From an uncultured Candidatus Saccharibacteria bacterium (GTDB taxonomy: Bacteria > Patescibacteriota > Minisyncoccia > Minisyncoccales > JANBVM01), in contig CAYVDD010000001.1 in the NCBI GenBank assembly GCA_964450805.1, positions 521,288 to 585,287 on the forward strand: a stretch of DNA of 64,000 nucleotides, written 5' to 3'. The position numbers and the translations under genes are program-made. This document shows, piece after piece, positions 47,734 through 55,704 of the stretch; position 1 is the first letter of the stretch, and each line of letters opens with the position of its first letter. The notes under the pieces were generated by a model, which worked only from the letters and a program-made list of their open reading frames with translations, searched no databases and was not told where the DNA came from.

Positions 47734-47804
47734 TGGACCTAATGAGAATCGAACTCATATTTCTACAATGCGAATGTAGCGCTCTACCACTAAGCTATAG
47801 GCCC
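47734..47804 (-). tRNA. tRNA-Ala(CGC)
   Basis: GGGCCTA acceptor with G3:U70, ctaca-TTCGCAT-tgtag, T-arm atgag-TTCGATT-ctcat. Confidence 0.8.
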
Positions 47805-47805
47805 T

Positions 47806-47876
47806 TCGGGGTACCGAGACTTGAACTCGGACTAAATCCTCCCGATGGACTCGTGCTGCCATTACACTATACCCCG
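47806..47876 (-). tRNA. tRNA-Pro(CGG)
   Basis: CGGGGTA/TACCCCG, agtcc-ATCGGGA-ggatt. Near-copy of tRNA-Pro(TGG) at 25176. Confidence 0.85.
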
Positions 47877-47878
47877 GA

Positions 47879-49342
47879 TTATGTTACCCAATATTTCTTT
47901 TTTGTCATCTCATCTCTTTTCATTTCAATTTTTTGTCTTTCTTTTCTTGATTTTTGAGCTAAACTTAATAATTCTTTTTCGTTTAGTTTTCCTAATTTTT
48001 TGACTTCTTTTCTTAAGAATTCTTTTTTATTTTTTTCAGGTTTTTCTAAAATATGTCCAAGTAAAATATCCAGTATTTGTCCTACTTTTGGCCCTGGTTT
48101 TATTTTTAAAATTTCCATTATGTCATTTCCGCTAATTTTAAGCATTTTAGATGAAATAGGATCCTGGCTAACTTTTTCTATTACATATTTTAAATGACGT
48201 AGCTTGTAAGGTTCAGCTTTTGGAACGCCAGAGCCAATTCTATCAGACATTCTTACTTGTAATAATTCTTCCATATTTTCTGGTCCTGCCTGACGAACTA
48301 ATCTTCTTACTGAACTTTCACCAACCTCATCAGTGTTGTAGTAAAAAAGATGATATCTAACCAACTTGGTAATTTTTTCAATATCTTTTTTAGGAAACTT
48401 CAAACGATTTAAGATTTGAGCAGTTATTTTTGCTCCAACTGTTTCATGTGAATAAAAAGTAGCATCCTTTCCTTTGCCTTGTTTTACACGAGGCTTGCCT
48501 ATATCATGAAGCAAGGCTGCTATTCTAACATATTTGTTAAAACCTTTTTTGGCTGCGTAATCTAAAGAACGGATATAATGTTCATAACAATCGTAAATAT
48601 GATGTTTGTTTTGAGGAACCTTATATCCTTCTTCTAGTTCCGGAATAATATATTTTAAAAGTCCTAACTTTCTTAAAGTTTCAATACCATCAGCCGCGTT
48701 TTTACTCATAATCATTTTCATTAATTCATCTCTTATTCTTTCTTTTGAGATTGCCTGAAGCCAGACAGCATTTTTTTTAATTGCCCGAGCAGTTTTTGAT
48801 TCAATCTTCCATTCTTTATTTAGACTTACACTAAATCTTACTGCTCTCATCATTCTTAAAGCATCTTCTGAAAAACGTTGTTCTGGATTTCCTGCTGCTT
48901 TTATAATTTTATTCTTTAAGTCTTTTTGGCCATTAAAAGGGTCAATAATGTTGTATTTTGAATCTTTGACTTCTAATGCCATTGCATTAACAGTAAAATC
49001 CCTTCTGGCTAAGTCTTGTTTGATTGTTTTAGCAAATTTAATCTGTTCTGGGTGACGCTTGTCAGTGTATTTTGTTTCCAGACGATAAGTAGTAATCTCA
49101 ATTTCTTTTAGCTCCTTTTCCTTGCTTTTAGTTTGAACAGTAACAGTAAAAAATTTGTTTTTATAAAAACTATTTGGAAATAATTTTTGAATTTCCTTTG
49201 GTTTAGCGCTGGTTGCAATATCCCAGTCATTAGGTTTGACGCCTCTTAAAAAATCTCTGGCGCAACCTCCAACAATATGCGCTTTAAATTTGTTTTTCTC
49301 TAATTTTTCTATAATAGCTTTTACTTCTTTTGGAATATTCAT
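47879..49342 (-). CDS. cca: CCA-adding tRNA nucleotidyltransferase with HD domain
   Basis: VGGCARDFLRG, DWDIAT, RDFTVNAMA, HD motif LLHDIGKP. Confidence 0.88.
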   Translation of the reverse strand: MNIPKEVKAIIEKLEKNKFKAHIVGGCARDFLRGVKPNDWDIATSAKPKEIQKLFPNSFYKNKFFTVTVQTKSKEKELKEIEITTYRLETKYTDKRHPEQIKFAKTIKQDLARRDFTVNAMALEVKDSKYNIIDPFNGQKDLKNKIIKAAGNPEQRFSEDALRMMRAVRFSVSLNKEWKIESKTARAIKKNAVWLQAISKERIRDELMKMIMSKNAADGIETLRKLGLLKYIIPELEEGYKVPQNKHHIYDCYEHYIRSLDYAAKKGFNKYVRIAALLHDIGKPRVKQGKGKDATFYSHETVGAKITAQILNRLKFPKKDIEKITKLVRYHLFYYNTDEVGESSVRRLVRQAGPENMEELLQVRMSDRIGSGVPKAEPYKLRHLKYVIEKVSQDPISSKMLKISGNDIMEILKIKPGPKVGQILDILLGHILEKPEKNKKEFLRKEVKKLGKLNEKELLSLAQKSRKERQKIEMKRDEMTKKKYWVT

Positions 49343-49390
49343 ATTTAAAGATTTTATCTTAAAAATCTGTTTTTTTCAATTTATTTAAAG

Positions 49391-49419
49391 TTGCTGAAAA
49401 GACCTTTTTCTGGTATAAT
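49391..49419 (+). promoter_or_regulatory. strong extended -10 promoter placed to start transcription at or next to tRNA +1
   Basis: TTGCTG (49391-96), 17 nt spacer, TGgTATAAT (49411-19). The tRNA 5' end is at 49426, 6 nt after the -10. Confidence 0.55.
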
Positions 49420-49425
49420 TTTTTT

Positions 49426-49497
49426 GCCCCTGTAGCTTAATGGATAGAGTGCTGCGCTTCGGACGCAGTGGTGAGGGTTCGAGTCCTTCCAGGGGCA
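49426..49497 (+). tRNA. tRNA-Arg(TCG)
   Basis: GCCCCTG/CAGGGGC, ctgcg-CTTCGGA-cgcag, T-loop TTCGAGT. Confidence 0.85.
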
Positions 49498-49548
49498 CCC
49501 GTATCAATCGGGTGAAGTTTGTTGATAATCTTTAATTAGAACATTATA

Positions 49549-49956
49549 ATGAAATTAATGAATAAAAAAATTTTAACAATTCTATTATTTTTTTTGTTAG
49601 TCCCTGGTCAGATTTTTGCAATTTGCGAAGGTAATTTGGTTCCTTGTGGTCGCGAGGGAACACCTCCATGTAATCTTTGTCATCTCTTTGAGCTTATTAA
49701 CAATATTCTTTCATTTGTTCTAACTTGTTTGGTTCCTATTGTAGGAGCTATAATGTTGGTCTGGGGAGGATTTACTTTTCTTTCAGCTGGTTCATCTCCA
49801 GGGCAAGTTGAACAGGCTAGAAATATCATTACTGCTGTGGTTATAGGTATTGTTATTATATTTATTGCCTGGGTATTTTTAAATACCTTTTTGAGCAGTA
49901 TTGGTGTGGCTGAATGGACTGGGTTGGAGAGTTGGTGGAAGATTCAGTGTCAATAA
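49549..49956 (+). CDS. small T4SS-pilin-like protein
   Basis: Signal peptide, LVPCGREGTPPCNLCHLFELINNILSFVLTCLVPIVGAIMLVWGGFTFLSAGSSPGQVEQARNIITAVVIGIVIIFIAWVFLNTF. Confidence 0.7.
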   Translation: MKLMNKKILTILLFFLLVPGQIFAICEGNLVPCGREGTPPCNLCHLFELINNILSFVLTCLVPIVGAIMLVWGGFTFLSAGSSPGQVEQARNIITAVVIGIVIIFIAWVFLNTFLSSIGVAEWTGLESWWKIQCQ

Positions 49957-49961
49957 AATAA

Positions 49962-50034
49962 GCCCCTATAGCTCAATTGGCAGAGCAGTTGCCTCTTAAG
50001 CAATTGGTTTCAGGTTCGAATCCTGGTAGGGGCA
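49962..50034 (+). tRNA. tRNA-Lys(CTT)
   Basis: GCCCCTA/TAGGGGC, gttgc-CTCTTAA-gcaat, T-arm tcagg-TTCGAAT-cctgg. Starts 5 nt after the pilin stop. Confidence 0.88.
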
Positions 50035-50075
50035 CTTGTTTCTATTTAGTATTTAATATATTGTAATTTGTATAT

Positions 50076-50150
50076 GGTGGGCGTAGCTCAATTGGTTAGA
50101 GCTTCGGGTTGTGGACCCGAAGGTTGCGGGTTCGAGTCCCGTCGCTCACC
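50076..50150 (+). tRNA. tRNA-His(GTG) with encoded G-1
   Basis: G-1 + GTGGGCG/CGCTCAC + C73, tcggg-TTGTGGA-cccga, T-loop TTCGAGT. Confidence 0.85.
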
Positions 50151-50180
50151 CATCCTTCGCCAAGGCTTCGGATGACAAAG

Positions 50181-50220
50181 CCTGGCAGCCCGAGATTGTT
50201 TCTCGGGTTTTTGGTTGACA
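50181..50220 (+). repeat. junction J0 (right half only)
   Basis: cctggcag + hairpin cccgagattgtttctcggg (50189-50207) + ttttt gg TTGACA. Confidence 0.8.
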
Positions 50221-50282
50221 AATTTAATTTATATGATATAGTTTATATAATAAAAATGCAGTTTAAAAATTTAACGTGAAAA

Positions 50283-50798
50283 ATGAAAGAGAAAGAAAAA
50301 ATTAAGTCTGATAAAAAGCCCGTTGCTCATATGATTCATGGGTTCGTCGGTGCTGGTAAAACTACATTTGCTAAAAAGCTTGAAAAGGAAATAGGTGCTT
50401 TGCGATTTACAAACGATGAGTGGATGATTTCTCTCTACGGGACTAATCCACCCGCTGAAAAGTTTGCCGAGTATTATGAAAGAACTACTAAACTTTTGTT
50501 AGATACCGCTTTTAAATGTCTGAAAGCTGGTGTTGATATTATCCTGGACGCTGGTTTTTGGAGTAGGTCTCAACGAGATGAAATAAGAGCTCGCATCACA
50601 AAAGCAGGGGCAAATTTTCAGCTCTATTACATTAAATGCTCCGATGAAATGATGAAGCAACGAACTTTAAAACGTAGCGATGATTCACCAAAAGATGCTT
50701 TTTATATAAACGAGGCAGCAATTAAAACTTTCAAAAAACGTTTTGAGCCACTATACGATGACGAGGAACATATAGTAATTGAGAACTGTGGAGAATAA
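50283..50798 (+). CDS. P-loop NTPase/kinase (AAA_33 / zeta-toxin-like fold)
   Basis: Walker A HGFVGAGKTTFAKKL, 171 aa. Followed by hairpin aaccacct/aggtggtt + ttttt (50872-50897). Confidence 0.7.
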   Translation: MKEKEKIKSDKKPVAHMIHGFVGAGKTTFAKKLEKEIGALRFTNDEWMISLYGTNPPAEKFAEYYERTTKLLLDTAFKCLKAGVDIILDAGFWSRSQRDEIRARITKAGANFQLYYIKCSDEMMKQRTLKRSDDSPKDAFYINEAAIKTFKKRFEPLYDDEEHIVIENCGE

Positions 50799-50903
50799 CC
50801 TTTTTTATAGTTCCTTGACAATCTTTTATTTTTTCAAACCCATAATAAGCTTATGAACTTGAAAAAGCCCGAAACCACCTAAAACAGGTGGTTTTTGGTT
50901 GGT

Positions 50904-51056
50904 TTAAGTTATAAAACAGCTTCTAAAATCGTCCAATCGGGGGCTACGATTAAATTCCATTATTAACCTAAATTTCTGCCTCAAGCCTTCCATATACTCA
51001 TAATCCTCCAGAACTTTCATGATATTAGTTATAATAATCTCTCGTTCCTGACCTGG
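50904..51056 (-). pseudogene. remnant A of an unknown gene family (C-terminal ~50 codons)
   Basis: The minus strand reads PGQEREIIITNIMKVLEDYEYMEGLRQKFRLIMEFNRSPRLDDFRSCFIT*. It is in the same frame as ORF 51105..51416, separated by its TAG. Confidence 0.55.
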
Positions 51057-51092
51057 TAGGCCCGAGATTATTTCTCGGGTTTTATGGTATAA
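50915..51092 (+). repeat. junction J1 (long form)
   Basis: Core aacagcttctaaaatcgtccaa (50915-36), coding remnant A, cctggtagg, hairpin cccgagattatttctcggg (51061-79), ttttatggtataa. Confidence 0.8.
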
Positions 51093-51104
51093 AAAAAAAG
51101 AGTT

Positions 51105-51416
51105 CTAAGGACTCTCAAACTTTCTTATTAAGATTATTTTATCAATTTTAATTTCCTTATCGTGATATTTTAGTTTGATTGAGTTATCTTTAACTTTTTG
51201 AAGGATTCCTTTTTTTCCCCATTTCATATGCCCAACTGTTCTATTTTTGTAACTTGTAACTACTATCCCTATTTTACTTCCTATTAAACTTAATAGAATT
51301 TTAGTTTTTCTCTTCATTAATTCAGATTCAATTTTAAAAATTTCTTTATTAGATGTTACGATTTCTTTCTCTTTCTCAAAATTCCAGACCTTCGTTACTA
51401 CTTCTTCTTCTTTCAT
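51105..51416 (-). CDS. hypothetical protein (only minus-strand ORF in the array)
   Basis: 103 aa ending at TAG. The frame continues without stops for 66 codons through hairpin J1 into remnant A. Confidence 0.5.
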   Translation of the reverse strand: MKEEEVVTKVWNFEKEKEIVTSNKEIFKIESELMKRKTKILLSLIGSKIGIVVTSYKNRTVGHMKWGKKGILQKVKDNSIKLKYHDKEIKIDKIILIRKFESP

Positions 51417-51475
51417 TAAATCACTTTATTTTAATTTTCTGCATTTACTTCTAATCTATCTTTAATTTTTTGTCA

Positions 51476-51540
51476 AACAGATTCTAATATCGTCCAGTTG
51501 GGAATCCATTTTGAGGCCCGAGCCAAAAGCTCGGGTTTTT
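51476..51540 (+). repeat. junction J2 (short form, variant hairpin)
   Basis: Core aacagattctaatatcgtccag. Hairpin cccgagc caaaa gctcggg (51517-35) has a compensatory A-T to C-G change. Followed by ttttt. Confidence 0.75.
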
Positions 51541-51656
51541 CTGATTTTATCCAATATTATTGATTTTTTATTTTGTTTTATTAAACTTAAAGGAGATTAA
51601 TTAAAAATAAAGAGGTGTAAATTATCGTAAAAACAAAACTCCCAGATTTAGATTAT

Positions 51657-52118
51657 TTGCTTACACGAGAAGAAAAAGACAAATTCGAAGAATATGTAGA
51701 GTCACTAAGCTCAAAGTCAAAAGAAATTCCACCGAGAAAAAAGAAAGATTGGATAGAACAACAGAAAATAGTTTACTTGCAAAATATCGCTCGTCAGAAA
51801 AAGATGATTGTTGATGATTGGAAGTGGTATAGATGTCAGAATTGTGGAACTCTGATTGTACAGGCCGTATTAGTAAGAGATGAAGAATATTTTGAATATG
51901 TACAAAAGGATGAAGATGATTGGGTTTCTCGAGATGTTCTAGTACAGGGCAAAAGAAGAACTTGCTATTGTAGAATTTGTGGTGACATCATAGGGCATGA
52001 TCCTAAACTTCTTCCGTATGAGATATATAGAGAAAAATTACATGCCGAACTTGATAAAAAATACCCAGGATGGAGATTAACCTCCGGAGCCTTGCATAAC
52101 GCAATAAAAGGGCTGTAA
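51657..52118 (+). CDS. hypothetical zinc-ribbon protein
   Basis: CQNCG...CYCRICG Cys pairs. The start is uncertain: TTG at 51657, while the frame opens at 51621 just after an agaggtg RBS. Confidence 0.55.
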   Translation: MLTREEKDKFEEYVESLSSKSKEIPPRKKKDWIEQQKIVYLQNIARQKKMIVDDWKWYRCQNCGTLIVQAVLVRDEEYFEYVQKDEDDWVSRDVLVQGKRRTCYCRICGDIIGHDPKLLPYEIYREKLHAELDKKYPGWRLTSGALHNAIKGL

Positions 52119-52172
52119 TTAAATATACTTTAAAGGGTTAATAACCTTTTTTTTATTAGAAAGTGCACCAAA

Positions 52173-52289
52173 AACAGGTTCTAATAAAGTTCCGTAGATC
52201 ACCCTGGCAAAATTCCTTTTAGGCGATTTTTAGATATTAGTAATGAGTTTTTGGTGTTGAGAGTTTTCTCTCTAGGTTTTTGCTTGACA
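52173..52289 (+). repeat. junction J3 (type-2 middle, variant hairpin)
   Basis: aacaggttctaataaagttccgtagatcaccctggcaa..., hairpin gagag tttt ctctc (52259-72), tttttg c TTGACA. Confidence 0.7.
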
Positions 52290-52353
52290 AAACTATTCAG
52301 ACTTTATAACGTAACAACGAAACTTATTTTTAAAACTAAAGAGGAATGAAAAA

Positions 52354-52746
52354 ATGAAATTGATAGTAATTAAAGAGGAAAAATTTATAGAGGAAGGAAA
52401 CAGCCTTACCATCGAAGATTTAAATGTGGAACTCACCAAAGAAGATGGAATTAAAGAAACGAAGGGTATAGATTTAGAAAACCTAAGTTTACATATAGAA
52501 AATAATCCTGAATTGGGACGTCTCACCTTGGATTTTTTCAGAGAAAAGTATTCAATTTTTAAAATCATAATTTCAAGTGGTGAAATATTCTTTAGCCGGC
52601 TTGTCCAGAGACCAAACCATGACCATGATGACACTCAAGAGGTATATATTGATAAAGAAACAGAATTGAAATGGCTTACTCGTGATTATGAGGGAAAGCG
52701 AAAAAAAGTAAAAATCCCTTTTGGTGATATTATTAAGGAATATTAG
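52354..52746 (+). CDS. hypothetical protein
   Basis: RBS aagagga. 130 aa, no motif recognised. Terminator agacta/tagtct + T-run follows. Confidence 0.6.
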   Translation: MKLIVIKEEKFIEEGNSLTIEDLNVELTKEDGIKETKGIDLENLSLHIENNPELGRLTLDFFREKYSIFKIIISSGEIFFSRLVQRPNHDHDDTQEVYIDKETELKWLTRDYEGKRKKVKIPFGDIIKEY

Positions 52747-52804
52747 ATAATTTTTAAATTCAGAGACTATATTTTTAGTCTTTTTTTTTATCCCAAAGAC
52801 ACTA

Positions 52805-52980
52805 AACAGGCCCTAACATCGTCCAACTGGAGAGGCATTATGATTAAATTCGTTTATTAGGTTAAATTTACGTTTTAACTCCTCTATATACTCATAATCC
52901 TTCAGAACCTTCAAAAGGCTGGTTATAATAATCTCTCGTTCTTGACCACTCGAAAAACCCGAGATTGTTTCTCGGGTTTT
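52805..52980 (+). repeat. junction J4 (long form)
   Basis: Core aacaggccctaacatcgtccaa, remnant B, hairpin cccgagattgtttctcggg (52958-76), tttt. Confidence 0.8.
52813..52950 (-). pseudogene. remnant B of the same gene family
   Basis: SGQEREIIITSLLKVLKDYEYIEELKRKFNLINEFNHNASPVGRC*. Confidence 0.55.
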
Positions 52981-53051
52981 GACTTTTTAAAAAGATTATT
53001 TTACTTTTAAATAATCAAAGCATATTTCAAAAACAAAAAAGGGATGATTGG

Positions 53052-53435
53052 ATGTTAAACGTCAATGAATTTTTGAAAGAATTCTTAAAACCAAATGAAT
53101 ATTATACCTTGTATTTTCATCATTATTTAAAAGACAAATGGGAAGATGAAAATACAAGGGCAGCAGGTTTAAAAATAGGCACGAAGGTTGAAGGAATTTT
53201 TAAAAGGGAGATGCTTGAAAAAATAGCAAAGAAGTATAATGTTTCTTTGGAAGAGTGGAATATAAGCAAAAGGGGTAGTGATCCTCCACTCAACTGTTAT
53301 TTTTTTTGTCTTCCTTTATCGGAAGAGGAGGCTGAAGCTAAAGCAGAAAAATCAATAGAAGAAAAAGCGAAGGAACTCATGAAAAATCTCATTGAGTGCA
53401 TGAGAGAATGTCGTGAATTGGACTGTAGAGAATAG
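53052..53435 (+). CDS. hypothetical protein
   Basis: RBS aaaggga. 127 aa, acidic C-terminus. Terminator agcc gaaa ggct + T-run follows. Confidence 0.6.
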   Translation: MLNVNEFLKEFLKPNEYYTLYFHHYLKDKWEDENTRAAGLKIGTKVEGIFKREMLEKIAKKYNVSLEEWNISKRGSDPPLNCYFFCLPLSEEEAEAKAEKSIEEKAKELMKNLIECMRECRELDCRE

Positions 53436-53496
53436 ATATTAGCAATATAGTTATTAAAAAAGCCGAAAGGCTCTTTTTTTTATCCCAAAATTCAAA

Positions 53497-53607
53497 TCAA
53501 ATAACTCCTAACAATAAGTTAAATTTTTGTGTCAAACCCTCCATGTATTCATAATCCTCCAGAACCTTCAGAATATCAGTTATAATAATTTCTCGTCGTT
53601 GACCCTG
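53497..53607 (-). pseudogene. remnant C of the same gene family
   Basis: QGQRREIIITDILKVLEDYEYMEGLTQKFNLLLGVI*. Confidence 0.5.
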
Positions 53608-53612
53608 TATAA
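53497..53612 (+). repeat. junction J5 (degenerate: remnant only, no consensus hairpin)
   Basis: Aligns to J1/J4/J6 across ...ccatgtattcataatcctccagaaccttcagaatatcagttataataatttctcgtcgttgaccctg. Confidence 0.6.
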
Positions 53613-53765
53613 TTTTATTATAAATTGTATTAGCCTCTTAGCTTAGACAAAAATCACTTCTTGGGGAGATAGTTTTTGGTTGGATTGACAAGAAAGATAA
53701 AAATGTGGAATATAGAAATGGTTTCATTAACATTTTATTTAAAATATTCAAAAGGAGTGAAAAAA

Positions 53766-54224
53766 ATGTCCGAATCTAAATGTTTAGAAAGATTTTTCGC
53801 CGTAACAAAAAATTCACTTTACAAGGTAGTTGTTTTTGGCGAAGAAGATGTTCCGTATGCAGAAAAGGTAGCCGGTGAGGGCACTATCAAGATAGGAGAT
53901 AAAATAAAGGGCTCAATGCTCGCTGTAGCCAAATGGCTACAGTTTTATGTGCCAGAAAAGTACGGTATGGCTTCTCCATTAGTGGGCACAGAACGTAGGT
54001 TGGAATATGTGAACACGAGGTTTTGGCAAGGCAAAACATCGTTAATTGTGGCCTTATTTATGAGTGAAGAAGAGGCTATGTTTTGTTTTGGGCAAAAACA
54101 ATTAGAAGCATGTGACAAGCGGTGGATTGAACAAACCAAGGAAGTTATTGGTAAGGTTCATGAGAATCACCCGAACCTTACGGTTTGCAAGTGGCACGAG
54201 CTGAGTTTAATTCCTGTTTCATGA
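53766..54224 (+). CDS. hypothetical protein
   Basis: Track ORF 53676 trimmed to the ATG at 53766, which follows the aaaggag RBS (MSESKCLERFF...). No motif recognised. Confidence 0.6.
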   Translation: MSESKCLERFFAVTKNSLYKVVVFGEEDVPYAEKVAGEGTIKIGDKIKGSMLAVAKWLQFYVPEKYGMASPLVGTERRLEYVNTRFWQGKTSLIVALFMSEEEAMFCFGQKQLEACDKRWIEQTKEVIGKVHENHPNLTVCKWHELSLIPVS

Positions 54225-54326
54225 CCTTTTCTGTGTTTTTGATCAAGCCCTTTTTGATTGAATTGACAAAAGAAAAGTACGAGGTAGATCCTACTATTTT
54301 GGAAACGACCTCTTTTTTTTGTAAAA

Positions 54327-54502
54327 AATGTTCTAACCTCGTTCAACTGGGGCATTATAATTAAATTCGTTTATCAACTTAAATTTTTGCCTTAATCCTT
54401 CCGTATACTCATAATCCTCCAGAACATTCATAATATCAGTTATGATGATCTCTGGTCGCTGACCCTGGAAGAATAGCTTAACAAGCGGTTTTTTGGTATA
54501 AT
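54327..54502 (+). repeat. junction J6 (long form, weak hairpin)
   Basis: Core aatgttctaacctcgttcaa, remnant D, gaccctgg, gctt aac aagc, ttttttGGTATAAT (-10 at 54497-502). Confidence 0.75.
54333..54473 (-). pseudogene. remnant D of the same gene family
   Basis: FFQGQRPEIIITDIMNVLEDYEYTEGLRQKFKLINEFNYNAPVERG*. This is the only conserved part of track ORF 54333..54791. Confidence 0.55.
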
Positions 54503-54510
54503 AGAATAAT

Positions 54511-54984
54511 ATGGAAACCGAGATACCAATTTTCCCAGCGAAGATAAAAAAAGTAATTTCTTGGATGAAAATAATAGGAGTTATTTTTATTCTAATTGGG
54601 ATAATGCCTATAACACCTATAACAGAGGATATCCTGATAACAGAGGAGATCCTGGGAGCTTTTACTTTTCCCGAAATAAATAATAAGGATCCCGATGAAC
54701 CAGTATTATTTTTAACGATTGGATTATTATTTATTTTTTCTTCTGTATTTTTATTAAAAAAGAAAAGATGGGCGTTTGGATTCTCAATCATTTTACTTAT
54801 TACATCTTTTCTTTTCGTATTAATTAACGCTTTTATTAGCCTTGTCGGTGCTTTTTGGATGAGATTTTGGTCGGGTGAATTTTATCTTATAACTGTTCCA
54901 TTATTTACTTTTGCAATAATTATTTTTATTCCTTTTATTCTATTACTTAGTGACTGCAAGAACTTCTTTAAAATTGCTGAATAA
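54511..54984 (+). CDS. hypothetical multi-pass membrane protein (paralog of 55705..56505)
   Basis: The ATG lies 8 nt after TATAAT with no SD. Four or more TMs. The C-terminus ...KKKRWAFGFSI...CKNFFKIAE* is shared with 55705..56505. Confidence 0.65.
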   Translation: METEIPIFPAKIKKVISWMKIIGVIFILIGIMPITPITEDILITEEILGAFTFPEINNKDPDEPVLFLTIGLLFIFSSVFLLKKKRWAFGFSIILLITSFLFVLINAFISLVGAFWMRFWSGEFYLITVPLFTFAIIIFIPFILLLSDCKNFFKIAE

Positions 54985-55097
54985 AACAGGTTCGAACAAA
55001 GTTCCATAGACCACCTTGGCAATTGACATTCTATTGATTCTTCATTGATTAATACTTTACATTATCCCGAGATTGTTTCTCGGGTTTTTGATATAAT
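54985..55097 (+). repeat. junction J7 (type-2 middle)
   Basis: aacaggttcgaacaaagttccatagaccaccttggcaa..., hairpin cccgagattgtttctcggg (55066-84), tttttgaTATAAT (55092-97). Confidence 0.8.
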
Positions 55098-55105
55098 ATG
55101 AGAAT

Positions 55106-55534
55106 ATGGAAGAAGAAAAAGAAAATAATCTTTTGGTTAAAAAAATTACCAATTGGTTCTTAATTGCATTAATTTTGCTTGGCGTTAGTTTTAATATTTA
55201 TTTTTTATTTAATTGGAGTAAAGGAGCTTTGGCTAATTTATTTTGGTTTGGACTACCTTCGGTTCTTTATCCAGTGGTTATGTATCTTATTGTTAAGTTT
55301 TTTTATTCCTCAAAGATAGAAAAACTTCTTATTAAAGTAGCTGTAGTAATAGCAGTAGTTGGACTGGTACTTTTATTTAAAGGTTTTAAACTTGGGGATT
55401 ACGGCGGAGCTGGCGCTTTTCTTATTTCTTTACCTATTCTTTTGCTTTCAGGCTCCTTAGTTTTTCTTGGAATAATCATTTTTTTAATTAGAAAATTTAT
55501 AACTCTGTTCGTAAAGAAAAAAAATAATTATTAA
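55106..55534 (+). CDS. hypothetical multi-pass membrane protein
   Basis: The ATG lies 8 nt after TATAAT. Four TMs, 142 aa. Confidence 0.65.
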   Translation: MEEEKENNLLVKKITNWFLIALILLGVSFNIYFLFNWSKGALANLFWFGLPSVLYPVVMYLIVKFFYSSKIEKLLIKVAVVIAVVGLVLLFKGFKLGDYGGAGAFLISLPILLLSGSLVFLGIIIFLIRKFITLFVKKKNNY

Positions 55535-55629
55535 AAAGACTTTTTATGTATTGGTGATTTTGCAAATATTTCCTTGCCAATTCTTGGATTAATTTCGGTA
55601 TTTATTATTTATTTGATTTATTCCCAACA

Positions 55630-55696
55630 AACAGGTTCTAAAATCGTCCAAGACCCTGGGATAGCCCGAGATTGTTTCTCGGGTTTTTGGTATAAT
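55630..55696 (+). repeat. junction J8 (minimal form, 67 nt)
   Basis: aacaggttctaaaatcgtccaa gac cctgg gata g cccgagattgtttctcggg tttttgg TATAAT. Confidence 0.85.
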
Positions 55697-55704
55697 GGGG
55701 CAAT

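Noticed and set aside
47715-47957. 80-aa ORF across 47715..47957. Similar ORFs occur at 25166..25426, 59047..59301, 59731..60187, 62327..62527 and 63540..63740.
   Set aside because: Each is a translation straight through well-folding tRNA genes and has GC-rich tRNA-derived codons. They are artefacts.
52293-52634. 113-aa minus-strand ORF.
   Set aside because: It is antisense to ORF 52354..52746, which has an RBS, a promoter-like TTGACA and a terminator.
53676-53765. Upstream TTG start of ORF 53676..54224.
   Set aside because: The region contains a TTGACA promoter-like box. The ATG at 53766 has a good aaaggag RBS at proper spacing.
54474-54791. Upstream two-thirds of track ORF 54333..54791(-).
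   Set aside because: It is antisense to the 54511..54984 membrane-protein gene and to its promoter. Only the last ~45 codons are conserved with the other junction remnants.
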